Shown here in pieces: positions 52,742 to 62,892 of a DNA stretch of 64,000 bases. Positions within the stretch are counted from its first letter, which is position 1; every line of letters begins with the position of its first letter. The stretch lies in the IMG/VR virus record IMGVR_UViG_3300025132_007963, positions 1-64,000 of that record; one strand, written 5' to 3'. The position numbers and the translations under genes were made by a program. The notes beneath the pieces were generated by a model that saw nothing but the letters and a program-made list of their open reading frames with translations, did no database searches and was not told the origin of the DNA. The DNA comes from a virus.

Positions 52742-54160
52742 TTAGTATCCACCACCACCGCCACCTGAGCTGCCACCACCGCCAGAGGACATACCACCGC
52801 CGCCATATGACATAGAGGAAACAGAGGGGGAAGCGGGAGCAGCGGTAGTAAGAGAGCCCTGTAAATTTGCACCTGTAGAGCCAAGTATCTCACTCGCCAT
52901 TGCTAATCCGGCGCCGGGTCCGCCGGCTTCTAGGCCGTAAAGATCCGCTGCGGCCTCTGAAATAGAGGTTCCCAAAGATCCGCCTTCGGGGTCAAAATTA
53001 ATATTAAAATTTAGTTTTTTTAATAAATTTATATCGTAATTCATAACAAACAAGTTTACATAAAAATATAAATACGCTGTGGTTTTATAGTTCTTTAAAA
53101 GGTTTACTTTCTTTTTCAGATCGCGGATTTTATCTTTTGTAACTTTTGCTCCAATCTCTTTTAAGCGAATTTGTAAATAAATATCTAACAAGTTTAACTC
53201 ACTTATTTTAGAATTTAATTCATCTTTTGTCAATACTTTTCTGATGGAAGATTTCTTTTTTATAGTTTCACATATTTTCGTTTTTTGTCTGATTGGAAAA
53301 TTAGTCATAAAAGTAAAATATATATCATAGATAAAAGATCGCAGATACTCCCTATCAGCGAGATATGTTGGGTAGCAATAATCTGAAAAATAGTTATTTG
53401 GTTCAGTTAGGCCATACAACTTCATGTACTCTTTGAGTTGGGGTGAATTTAAATTTGCAACCAAAGTCCAAGGTGCGTTTTTGTTTATCATAAATCCAAA
53501 CTTATTAGCGATATTAACTAAAGAGTTAAAATTTTCAGATTCAACTATTGTGTTTTTAATTTCATCATCGCCATGATCGGCTTCTAGTAATTCTATAGAT
53601 AAGCCGCTTACTCTTCCCGGACAAAGAGGGGATGCTGTAAAGCCTGTCAAAGTTAATGGAAAATCACCGGCATGATTATTTACAAAAGTATTAAATTTTT
53701 TAAGTATATCATCTAATCCTGAAATTGCATCACTGTTTGGAGCCAAATAAGTATTGATAAAATAATCTCTCATTTGTTCTGAGTGTCTATCATAATAATC
53801 GAACATACTTTCCCAAGCTCTTTTTGGAACAAGGTCGGTAACATCACCTGTTATGGGTAAAATTCTTTCTTTTGCGGCCTGATGATTATAAAATCTAACC
53901 ATGTCCTGAAAAGCATCAACCACAAAATCAACAGCGAACATGTTTTGACCTTCGTTAAAGTAACCTAATCCAGATCTAGGTAATACAAAAACTGGATTTC
54001 CTAGTAAATCAACTCTACCATATAGTGGCTTTTTATACCAAAAATCTATTATTCTTTTTTTATCTCTAACCCTTTCAACAGAATTTATCTTATATTCTTC
54101 TCGGGAATAGAAAGCGTGCTTTCCATTGATATTATTTTTTGCTGGTTCGTAGAAAGCCAT
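52742..54160 (-). CDS. Hypothetical protein at end of baseplate module, Gly-rich tail
   Basis: 472-aa ORF, synteny. Confidence 0.6.
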   Translation of the reverse strand: MAFYEPAKNNINGKHAFYSREEYKINSVERVRDKKRIIDFWYKKPLYGRVDLLGNPVFVLPRSGLGYFNEGQNMFAVDFVVDAFQDMVRFYNHQAAKERILPITGDVTDLVPKRAWESMFDYYDRHSEQMRDYFINTYLAPNSDAISGLDDILKKFNTFVNNHAGDFPLTLTGFTASPLCPGRVSGLSIELLEADHGDDEIKNTIVESENFNSLVNIANKFGFMINKNAPWTLVANLNSPQLKEYMKLYGLTEPNNYFSDYCYPTYLADREYLRSFIYDIYFTFMTNFPIRQKTKICETIKKKSSIRKVLTKDELNSKISELNLLDIYLQIRLKEIGAKVTKDKIRDLKKKVNLLKNYKTTAYLYFYVNLFVMNYDINLLKKLNFNINFDPEGGSLGTSISEAAADLYGLEAGGPGAGLAMASEILGSTGANLQGSLTTAAPASPSVSSMSYGGGGMSSGGGGSSGGGGGGY

Positions 54161-54163
54161 GGC

Positions 54164-56530
54164 TTATGATTCCTTCTGTGGCGCTGCGTCGACACTCTCA
54201 ATACCTTCTCCACCCACGTTGGGTGATCTTCTTTTCTTTTTCTTGTTCTTTCGCACTGATGGTGAAGTTTGCCATAAACCACGAACTGTGGTTTCAAAAC
54301 CTGCTGGTGATACTGTAGAACTCATACCCTGAGTTAGATAGTAACCACCCAATCCTAGCTTCGAAGCTATAGCAGTTCCTCCACGTCCTGGCATTGTTGG
54401 CACCAAGTAGAAATACGTACCAGGTCTAAAGTAATTATTTCCTATCAAAGTTAAATCTACGTTATATGGTTCCCATGCTCTAGAAAAAGCATCTCCACTC
54501 TCTTTTACAATTCTAGATGCAACAAGATTAGGATCATTCATTTTGTTAAAAGATGCATTTTTTAATAGACCTCTATCCTGACCTAGCCGAAGATGTACAA
54601 TTCCTAAGTCTTTATCTTTGTTTAGCTTTCCATCAAAATCTGGACTAGGATCATTATTACTGGAGATTACTATGTAATTGAATTCTGTTTTTGCTAAATC
54701 ACCTGAAGCGTTTCTACTTCGAAGTTTGCCATCTATCGCTGAAACGCTTTTTATCCTACCAGTGGGTATCTTGTTACCACCCACCATGCTCAAAAACGAA
54801 ACTCTATTTGATGCGCCTTTAGATATCATGTCTAGTCCGTCAAAGCACTCTTTTCCAAAAGCGGGAGTTATCAATTCGGTCATCATTCTAGTTAAAAACC
54901 TACTAAATGTTATTTTGGTTGCAATTCTCTTAACAAAGTTTTCATGAAACCAGGCCGAGAATCTGCTCACGGATATTGGAATATCCGCCAAGCTGACAAT
55001 CTCTTCTTTTCCAGTTTGAAAATTTTCATAAATCATGGTGCCCAGTATAATTTTAATTTTATACTTTTTCAATTGATAGTCCAAAGCACCTAAAACCCCC
55101 TCCATTAAATCCCCTAAGAAGATAAAGGGTATATGGGTTTTTCCGCTTTCAGATGACGGTCTATCTACTCCTGTTTTTAAAGACCCTCCAGAACTCTTAC
55201 TTAATCCAAGAGCACCAAGAAGTGCCGCTGGACGTATGGGTGGCGCTTGTGGCAAAATACTTGGTTTTGATTTTCCTCCAGAAGGCGGTTTTTTTGATTT
55301 TGTTTTGTAGCTTCCATACGTTTCAAAATAATCCTCTAAATCATCCTGAGAAACAGCCAGATTATAAATTCTATCTAGTTTTTCTATGCTATTGAGAATT
55401 CTTTGATACCTCTCTGTCGTTCTGGACTTTATAAAAGAACTCCTATACAATCTAGCTGCTTTTTGTTTTGCCTGATCTGGATCAGATGCTAGTATATCTG
55501 AAATTTTTTCATCAGCTCCTGGAAATTCTTCGCCTAATGCAATTTGTAATTCAGAAAGACTGCCGTCAATTTCTGATATTCTATACGCGCTATCAGCATC
55601 TTCGTAAAAAGCGATATCGCTTACTTCTTGAGATTCGCCAAAAATAGTTGAAAAAGATTTTGGCTTGGTGGCCTGTTGTATGTCTTTTGCTTTTTGAAAA
55701 GCTAAATCTCCAGCAATTTCAGCACCTGTAACTAATCCTTTGTCGTCATCAACGTCTTGTCTTGCCTCTTTTTCAGAACCAGGGCCTGTTAAGTTTATTT
55801 TTTCTAAAGCACTATCTATTGCACCTATATAGGATAAGGTTAGTTTAAAACTTCCATCCTGATTAAATGAAAAATTATGCTTTGTTAATGTCATGACAAG
55901 AGTTAAGGTGTCGCTTTCAATCGCCCTTCTCAGCGCAGGGCTTATTATACCTGTCATATTAGACGATGGGACACTCCAGCCCACAATCACTTTTGTTTCT
56001 GACGCTATTCCTTTCACTGGAGAGCGTAACAATAACCGCTCATAATGTGGGTCTTCAAAAACTCTAAGGCTATCACCAAAAAGAGTTAAATCTGCTCCGA
56101 TTGTTTTACCGGCTGTAAAAGCATCTGTCCCTAGAAAATCAAAATCAAATTTTTTAATGCCAATGTTCCTACCTCTAGAGCCGGGATCTTCAAGTATTGA
56201 TTTCAAATTCATAAAACCACCTTGAAATTTATATTCTTTTTGTGTTCTCTCTCCCTTCTTGTCGACATCTATTGAGAAAACTCTTATCTTTGGCACAAGG
56301 GCAGCTATCTGTGCACTTGTAAGTTCTGTTAACTTGTCAAAATCTTTAAACTTCAACAAACGGTTAACTGTTTGACTGTTAGATATACCACCCAAAGCTG
56401 TAAATTTCTGATATTTAGTTTTTTGATTTTGTTTAACTAAATCTGGTAGTCTTGCTACAAGATAGCATTGCTCTCTAAAAGCGTGTCTAGACTGTAGTAA
56501 TTCATTTTCTTTTTTTTCTTTATTAGACAT
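54164..56530 (-). CDS. Putative baseplate hub / tail protein
   Basis: C-terminal LTLIGNNYFRPG...GGYY...GFETTVRG typical of hub proteins; synteny. Confidence 0.6.
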   Translation of the reverse strand: MSNKEKKENELLQSRHAFREQCYLVARLPDLVKQNQKTKYQKFTALGGISNSQTVNRLLKFKDFDKLTELTSAQIAALVPKIRVFSIDVDKKGERTQKEYKFQGGFMNLKSILEDPGSRGRNIGIKKFDFDFLGTDAFTAGKTIGADLTLFGDSLRVFEDPHYERLLLRSPVKGIASETKVIVGWSVPSSNMTGIISPALRRAIESDTLTLVMTLTKHNFSFNQDGSFKLTLSYIGAIDSALEKINLTGPGSEKEARQDVDDDKGLVTGAEIAGDLAFQKAKDIQQATKPKSFSTIFGESQEVSDIAFYEDADSAYRISEIDGSLSELQIALGEEFPGADEKISDILASDPDQAKQKAARLYRSSFIKSRTTERYQRILNSIEKLDRIYNLAVSQDDLEDYFETYGSYKTKSKKPPSGGKSKPSILPQAPPIRPAALLGALGLSKSSGGSLKTGVDRPSSESGKTHIPFIFLGDLMEGVLGALDYQLKKYKIKIILGTMIYENFQTGKEEIVSLADIPISVSRFSAWFHENFVKRIATKITFSRFLTRMMTELITPAFGKECFDGLDMISKGASNRVSFLSMVGGNKIPTGRIKSVSAIDGKLRSRNASGDLAKTEFNYIVISSNNDPSPDFDGKLNKDKDLGIVHLRLGQDRGLLKNASFNKMNDPNLVASRIVKESGDAFSRAWEPYNVDLTLIGNNYFRPGTYFYLVPTMPGRGGTAIASKLGLGGYYLTQGMSSTVSPAGFETTVRGLWQTSPSVRKNKKKKRRSPNVGGEGIESVDAAPQKES

Positions 56531-56532
56531 TT

Positions 56533-56874
56533 TTACAACTCATAAAATGATATAATCTTTTCAAGAGGGAGAGGAACATAAATCATATCTCCAATCTCAA
56601 GGTGACCATCAGTGGGGGTCTTATTAAACCATGCAATAACCCACCATAATTCAGCATCACCGTAAAAATCGTGAGCTATTTTAAAAAATTTATCGCCTAA
56701 TTGCCACCTGACGGGCTCCAAAGTAAGTTGTGATATTTCCTCTGGCGTCGGGTGTCTAAACTCCGCTGTCTCGTACATTACAATTTCACTTACGTTTCTA
56801 TTCTTAAACAAAGTCTTTTTGTATCTTCCAAGACTGTTGCGTAGTTTTCTTCTTCTTAAATATCTATCAGACAT
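56533..56874 (-). CDS. LysM/gp53-like baseplate protein
   Basis: GDKFFKIAHDFYGDAELWWVIAWFN. Confidence 0.75.
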   Translation of the reverse strand: MSDRYLRRRKLRNSLGRYKKTLFKNRNVSEIVMYETAEFRHPTPEEISQLTLEPVRWQLGDKFFKIAHDFYGDAELWWVIAWFNKTPTDGHLEIGDMIYVPLPLEKIISFYEL

Positions 56875-56883
56875 AATTTATAT

Positions 56884-57717
56884 TTACCCGTCCATGAATG
56901 GCCTAAGTGCAATGATTGCCTGGGCATTACCTATGTTTCTATTTGTTTTAGATTTAGTTTTTCTGCCCTCCCTTTTAAACAAGCCCTGTTTGCAAGTCGA
57001 GTGTGGACCAGTTAATTTGTGCTGTCCATATGGAAATTTATCATTTTTTGCCATCCACGCATTACTACTCTCCTTCCAGCCTAATTCATGTGTGTGCAAA
57101 ACTGTGATTTGACAACTCACTGAATATTCTTTTGGTAAAAGGGTGCCTGGGCTTGGGCAAAAGAAGCCTTGATCTAAGTTTGGAGTTAGCGTAAACCCGT
57201 TTATCGCTCCCAGCAAGCCAGAATCAATAGCTGCAGGGCTGGGTGATCCAGCACTATTAGCATCTAATATTAAATTTGTAAATTTAACTCTCATAAGAGG
57301 CGATGCATTCATTGTTGGAGAACCAGCATTATTTTCTTTCTGTCTATCTTTATATGTTGGATAAAGCATGCTGGAGAGGTGTTCAAATTTGTGTAGATTT
57401 TTCTCTGCTTCGTGCTCGTCTGTAGATACCACAGTCCAACCAAGAGAAATTTTTCGTTGAGTGTTTTGGAAAGTCATTATTGGATCCATTCTACCATAAA
57501 CGCTTTCCTCGCTCCAGTTTGAAGTGAAAGAATCTGCAAATTCTGTGATAAAGGCGGCAAAATCAACACATTTGCCGGTTGCAACGTGAACAAAATCTAT
57601 CATCCAGAGTTGAGAATTAACAAAGAGGTTTTCAGCTGCGTCGACGTAGCCTGTTTTCTTGTTATCTCCGCCGTGACCAACTTCGTTTAGTGAACTGTTC
57701 GCGTTTTCTGATGCCAT
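56884..57717 (-). CDS. Tail tube initiator / baseplate protein
   Basis: FITEFADSF..NW...VYGRMDP...TQRKISL. Confidence 0.65.
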   Translation of the reverse strand: MASENANSSLNEVGHGGDNKKTGYVDAAENLFVNSQLWMIDFVHVATGKCVDFAAFITEFADSFTSNWSEESVYGRMDPIMTFQNTQRKISLGWTVVSTDEHEAEKNLHKFEHLSSMLYPTYKDRQKENNAGSPTMNASPLMRVKFTNLILDANSAGSPSPAAIDSGLLGAINGFTLTPNLDQGFFCPSPGTLLPKEYSVSCQITVLHTHELGWKESSNAWMAKNDKFPYGQHKLTGPHSTCKQGLFKREGRKTKSKTNRNIGNAQAIIALRPFMDG

Positions 57718-57729
57718 TTTCTATTTCTC

Positions 57730-60690
57730 CTAAAAAGCATACGTGTCATTTATAGCCCGGGCTATCTCTCGACCGTTTATTTCAACAACTGTATCTCCAC
57801 TAGCATTCTTATTAACTAGCTCCGCCAATAATTCTACCATCTTTCCTAGTTTTTTATCTATTAAGCCACCTTCTTTTGCTCCAACTACTTGATCAGATGA
57901 GTTTGGCTTAATCACGGTAAAATCATCTGCTGTTATAGTTGTAGCTTTCACTTTCCCCATTCTTACCCCATATTCTCGGCGGGCTTTCGCCATTATGGAT
58001 GCTTTTCGAGGACCACTTGGCACTTTTCCAGTTGCTTCATACATGGCTCTTATCTTATCTTGCGCTGCTTTGTCTTCAGGTGAGCCCTTAAAATCCATGC
58101 CCACAGTGCCGTCAAATATGGTCCTGGTCGCAGGAGGTGATGGAGGCGTTATTGTCTGCTCTGCTACAGCAGGGGCCGCAGGTGCAGCAGGAGCCGCAGG
58201 TGCAGCAGGAACTGGAGCGGAAGCGGGTGGTGCTATTGTTTTCTTTACTGGCGCTGGAGGCTTTATAGCTTTTATCGTTTTTTTAACTGGAGCAGGAGCA
58301 GGAGCGGGTGCAGGAGCGGGTGCTGGTGCCGGTGCTGCTATTGTAGCTGGAGCTGCAGGTGGCGGTGCTGGAGCTGCTATTGTAGCTGGAGCTGGTGCTG
58401 GAGGTCCAACGGGAACACCCGCAGGGATAGGGTTCAATTGTACGGGACCTCTACCGCCCGCAAGAGAATCTTTTATCATGGAGAAGGTGTTTTTTAATCC
58501 TGATCCAATGTCATCAGTCAATCGATCAACATCTTCACCAATGATGGTGCCAGCATCATTCCATATCTCTGCAAGGTTGTTGAGGGTGCCGGTTGTGACC
58601 GCTTTCTGGTCTTCTTTGGCTTTTTCTACATCTTCTGGATTGTCAAAAAGACTTATACCTGTAAAGTCCTTTATAAAGTTATTAATTCCCTCTAACTTAT
58701 CGTAAAAGAATTGTACAGACGTTTCACCAATTTTAAAACTCGCAACAAAAAGGCCGACAGCAGCACTTAATTTTGTAAAGAGTGGCAACATAGGCGCTAG
58801 CGCAGATGTGATGGATCCAACAATACTCACGGCGCCTGTAAACAGTTTTGTAATGCCGGCCCACAAAAATTTAACTGAGGTGATTGGCTTCATTAGCGCA
58901 AAAGTTGCCGCTGTCAAAGAGGCAATACCTGCTCCAGCTGTTGTTATAGCTGCTGTAATTGTGCCAAAAGTATCATCCATAAAATCATACAAGTCTCTAA
59001 AGAAGCCTATAACAGCTGCAACGCCTCTACTTAACGTAAACATTGTCCCTATGATATCTGTTGCTATAGCCTTTATCTCTATCATTGCGCTTTGTGAATC
59101 ACCACCAAAGGCAGCTTTCATTGCCCGGGCAGCGATATCCTGCAATGCACGGGAGAACTGTTCCATAACACTTAGGTTACTCATTATCTGTTTATTTAAA
59201 TCTTGTTGCGTTTTTGCTGGGTCGTCTGCAGCTGCTTGGGCCATGGCTTCCTCAATACTACCAGCGGAAGTATTCATAATTTTGCCAAGTTGCTCAACAT
59301 CCATACCAATTGCACTTGCAATGCCTCTTCTTTGAAACTTGTCCATTTGATCAAACGTTAAGCCTTGAGCATCTAGTGTTGACTTTAACATTTCTAATCT
59401 TTCAGATTCTGTGGCTCCTAACAATTCCGTTGCATTTAAGAATGGCCCTCCTAACAAAGCATTTAGTTTACCAGCTGCAGTGGCAGATCCCTCAAAGCTA
59501 TCAAACTGTTCTCCTAGTGTAGAAGTTAGCTTACCAACGTCCATATCTAGCACCTTAGAAGCCGCTGCAAGGCGTTTAAACTCTACAACCATACCTCGAC
59601 CTAGGGATGCTAATTGCGTCCTTGCATTCGCGAATTCTCCGATGAATTCTGCTGGTGGTCGACCCATGTCCTGTGCCAGAGTTACTAGTTCGCGAGAGAC
59701 CTCTTCTGCTTGCTGTGGAAGCATTCCTAAACTACTTATTAAAAATCCCTGAGAAGTTGCAGCGTCCCGTGTACTGACCCCTAGTTGTTCAAACAGGGCG
59801 TTAGCCGAGACCAGAGTATTCCTATCTGCATCTGCTAAATCAGAAAAACCCTTGAAAGAGCCCTGTAAGGCAACAATTGATGATTCTAAGTTTTCAGAAC
59901 TTGCTATCAATGTTGTGAAGCCTGTTGAAAGATCAGCAGCCATAAAGCCCATATTTTCAAGACCAGTAGATTGAAACAATGCCGAGTTTAATTTATCTAC
60001 TCTAAAAGCAGTTTCGACAATTTGTGTTGTGAGTGCGCCAAAAAGGGACAAAGGGTTCAGGAGTGTTCTTGTCATCCCCTTTCCAAAGCCCATTGCTATT
60101 TTACTTAATCCCTCAAGGGCATCACCATTCTTCATTAAGCCCGTTAACATGCCTGAAAAGCCTTGGGACGATACGCCAAAAGCTCCAGCTAAATTATCTG
60201 CTAAACCCTTGCCATAATCGGCAGAAGATTCTAAAAGCTGATTTGCCTCCGTCAGAAGCTTGACTGTCTTTTGTAGTTGCTTGTTGTTTTTTTCAGTGCC
60301 TTGGATAAAGCTTGTTAAAAATTCAAAACGTTGTCGTTCTGCCTCAGTTATAACTTCACCAGTAGCCCGTCTTTGCAAAAGGACATCTAGCTCTTGCCTA
60401 GCTATCGATACTCTTCTTTCGCCTAGCCTTAAATCCTCTAACTTTGTTTGCAATTGCCTGTTTTCATCATCGACCATGGACTTGGCAAGTTCCGCTCTCT
60501 GTTCTTCAATTTGAAGTAATCTATTGGTTCGATTTTCTATCTCTGCGATGCCGTCTGTTGTGGTGGGGCTAGCTGCAACGGCGGCGGCTGCTTCGGATAA
60601 TAGGCGAGCTAGTTCTCTTAAGTCTGCATCACTAGCAGAGCCGGCTCTAAGGCTTCTTAAAAGTTCTTCTATTCTTCTTGCATCAGCCAT
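57730..60690 (-). CDS. Tape measure protein
   Basis: 986 aa, helical Ala/Gly/Leu-rich, TM-like segment, position. Confidence 0.8.
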   Translation of the reverse strand: MADARRIEELLRSLRAGSASDADLRELARLLSEAAAAVAASPTTTDGIAEIENRTNRLLQIEEQRAELAKSMVDDENRQLQTKLEDLRLGERRVSIARQELDVLLQRRATGEVITEAERQRFEFLTSFIQGTEKNNKQLQKTVKLLTEANQLLESSADYGKGLADNLAGAFGVSSQGFSGMLTGLMKNGDALEGLSKIAMGFGKGMTRTLLNPLSLFGALTTQIVETAFRVDKLNSALFQSTGLENMGFMAADLSTGFTTLIASSENLESSIVALQGSFKGFSDLADADRNTLVSANALFEQLGVSTRDAATSQGFLISSLGMLPQQAEEVSRELVTLAQDMGRPPAEFIGEFANARTQLASLGRGMVVEFKRLAAASKVLDMDVGKLTSTLGEQFDSFEGSATAAGKLNALLGGPFLNATELLGATESERLEMLKSTLDAQGLTFDQMDKFQRRGIASAIGMDVEQLGKIMNTSAGSIEEAMAQAAADDPAKTQQDLNKQIMSNLSVMEQFSRALQDIAARAMKAAFGGDSQSAMIEIKAIATDIIGTMFTLSRGVAAVIGFFRDLYDFMDDTFGTITAAITTAGAGIASLTAATFALMKPITSVKFLWAGITKLFTGAVSIVGSITSALAPMLPLFTKLSAAVGLFVASFKIGETSVQFFYDKLEGINNFIKDFTGISLFDNPEDVEKAKEDQKAVTTGTLNNLAEIWNDAGTIIGEDVDRLTDDIGSGLKNTFSMIKDSLAGGRGPVQLNPIPAGVPVGPPAPAPATIAAPAPPPAAPATIAAPAPAPAPAPAPAPAPVKKTIKAIKPPAPVKKTIAPPASAPVPAAPAAPAAPAAPAVAEQTITPPSPPATRTIFDGTVGMDFKGSPEDKAAQDKIRAMYEATGKVPSGPRKASIMAKARREYGVRMGKVKATTITADDFTVIKPNSSDQVVGAKEGGLIDKKLGKMVELLAELVNKNASGDTVVEINGREIARAINDTYAF

Positions 60691-60705
60691 TCAGAATGTC
60701 AACTC

Positions 60706-61020
60706 CTATTTGAATGGCCAGATCATTCCAGTATCTTTTTCAAATTTACTGACCGCCTGGTCCAGGACGTGCTTGCTTCTATATGTAGCGGCATTATTTA
60801 AGCCGTTGTTGTTGAAAGAGGTTATATATCTTTTTTCAGCTGATAAAGCGCGCATAAAACTATCAAATTGCGATTTGGTGCCTTTAACTCTAACCGGTAA
60901 ATAACTACCCCTAAATAAAGCATTTAATAATAACTTTATTCCGGTGCCCATGGCTGTTAAATAGCTTTCATTTAAAGATTGAGTTAAATCGATAACAATT
61001 TCTTGTTCTTGATCAGACAA
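60706..61020 (-). CDS. Conserved hypothetical protein (ends GxxWPFK)
   Basis: ACTATTTA upstream at 61050-57. Confidence 0.7.
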   Translation of the reverse strand: MSDQEQEIVIDLTQSLNESYLTAMGTGIKLLLNALFRGSYLPVRVKGTKSQFDSFMRALSAEKRYITSFNNNGLNNAATYRSKHVLDQAVSKFEKDTGMIWPFK

Positions 61021-61103
61021 AGTTTGGTCTCCAAATACAATACTCTACGTAAATAGTCTCTACAAAGCAAAATAGGGCTGCGAAAACACAACCCTATTTA
61101 AGT

Positions 61104-61301
61104 TCATTTTTTGCGATTTGCTTTTTCCATTGCTTGTCGCTCATCATCAAATTGTTTTACTAGTCTCCTAAGAAACCATCTTCTTATCTGGATGGGCAAA
61201 TTATAGGCCTCGTAAAAGCCCCATCCACCATGCTGTTTAAGTAAGAAAAACTCCTCATAAACAGTCTGAATATACGAGTTATCCAGGCCAAAAAAACTCA
61301 C
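61104..61301 (-). CDS. Tail-assembly chaperone C-terminal segment (possible frameshift extension)
   Basis: Overlaps upstream ORF in the +1 frame across a T7 tract. Confidence 0.65.
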   Translation of the reverse strand: MSFFGLDNSYIQTVYEEFFLLKQHGGWGFYEAYNLPIQIRRWFLRRLVKQFDDERQAMEKANRKK

Positions 61302-62142
61302 CCGTTATAGGCACCTCCATTTCCGTTGTGTATCCACAATGTGGGCACTCCACGGCTTGGGACAGCTCCAAATTAGGAACTGCATCTTGGTATGCTAGTC
61401 TAAGAAATCTAGAATCTAGCGCGGGCATGTTATCTACAAATTCAGATATTTGGGATCGATCATCAACTCCATTGATACTAACAATCATCCTCTTAAACAT
61501 ATCAGTCAACTGAGAGCTTGGCAAATTATTTTTAACTTTCATCAATCTAGCTTTTGCCATTTGGTTTTCATCTCTACCATTTAAAGGTCGAAACTCAACC
61601 ATAAAACCTGTCTTTGGTAATTCGATTTGCAAGCTACCATTTTCTGTGATATTAAAAGAACCTTCTTCTGTTTCGTTCTTATAATACTGCTCATAGTCAC
61701 CTAGGTCAAATTCATTATCATGAGTTTCACCACAAGATGGACAAGTTACATTAACTTCATAAGCTCTGCCATAGCCTGTAACTCTGGCAGCGACTAGAAG
61801 TGCATTTCTGTCACCGATCAATAAATCAGTTGGATTGATCGTTTTGTCGAGGATAATGTTTTCTAGCATTCTATCGATTGCAACCCCTTTCTTCAACAAC
61901 GAAGGAGAAGTAAGAATATCTTCATCCTTAGCTGTCATAAACTTAATCTCAATTGATTCTCTACCACTCAAAGTGCTATTCTTGGGATAGAACATACCTT
62001 TTGATGGAAGATCCACGATTTCAGTGGGCATTGAGAAGTTTAGAAGAGAAGACTGTCCTGGCCCCTGAGTGGGGCCTGGGACGGGATTTTGCTCGGGAAT
62101 GGCAGAAACGTTTTTTCGACGCGTATCGTTTCTATTAGCCAA
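61279..62142 (-). CDS. T4 gp26-like baseplate hub / tail assembly chaperone
   Basis: VDLPSKG.FYP, MTAKDEDIL, two CPxC pairs, FFWP end. Confidence 0.75.
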   Translation of the reverse strand: MANRNDTRRKNVSAIPEQNPVPGPTQGPGQSSLLNFSMPTEIVDLPSKGMFYPKNSTLSGRESIEIKFMTAKDEDILTSPSLLKKGVAIDRMLENIILDKTINPTDLLIGDRNALLVAARVTGYGRAYEVNVTCPSCGETHDNEFDLGDYEQYYKNETEEGSFNITENGSLQIELPKTGFMVEFRPLNGRDENQMAKARLMKVKNNLPSSQLTDMFKRMIVSINGVDDRSQISEFVDNMPALDSRFLRLAYQDAVPNLELSQAVECPHCGYTTEMEVPITGEFFWPG

Positions 62143-62226
62143 TTTTTAAACCTCACTTTCTTAAAATAAACTTAAACAAAACAACAATAACACGTTTCCG
62201 CATTAAATTAAAATTAACTTCTACCC

Positions 62227-62826
62227 TTATTCGTTCCGATTGCCGCGAAGGTCAAAGGTTCTATCAGCAGTTATATCAACTCGACCAGGTGCACCGCCGA
62301 CTCCAGTCAAAGCTGCCCAATCATACCTAAAGGTTACTTCTAGGTTATTAATCTCTTCACTCTCATAATCCAACTCATCAAAGCTAATACTTTTTATCCA
62401 TGGATTATAAAGCTTCCATTCCTCTAGGGGTTTACCATCAGCATCAATTTGCTGAATATAAATTGCGCCGCCCACTGCTTCAACTGCACGTTGTTTCGAG
62501 ATGGTTAACACGTTGCCAAGCGAGCGCTCATCGGTCAAAAAATTATGAGGAGAGACATATCCAGAATCTTTTAAAAGCTTCATCATGGTGGCTGAAGCGT
62601 CAGGATTTACAGGATCGGCCAAGGTCATGGTGATTTCATTCCACTCAACTCTACCTGGGTAGTAAAACTTATAATTAACAAAGGTGTGTTCTGCTTCCGT
62701 AATAGAAATCGCAGGCTTAGTAACCTTCTTCAATATCCACTGTGGAATGCCTCTAAAACTTAAAAGCCACCTAAACTTTCTCTTTGGTTCTACACTAAAG
62801 TCTGACCAAAATCCTTCTAAAGCCAT
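62227..62826 (-). CDS. Tail tube protein (gp19-like)
   Basis: EPKRKFRW, YPGRVEWN, ELDYESE...VTFRYDW; ACTATTTA at 62862-69. Confidence 0.85.
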   Translation of the reverse strand: MALEGFWSDFSVEPKRKFRWLLSFRGIPQWILKKVTKPAISITEAEHTFVNYKFYYPGRVEWNEITMTLADPVNPDASATMMKLLKDSGYVSPHNFLTDERSLGNVLTISKQRAVEAVGGAIYIQQIDADGKPLEEWKLYNPWIKSISFDELDYESEEINNLEVTFRYDWAALTGVGGAPGRVDITADRTFDLRGNRNE

Positions 62827-62892
62827 TATCAAGATCCTCCTAAATAAGCTACGTACAATATTAAATAGTTAATACGTAGCTTTTATTATATT

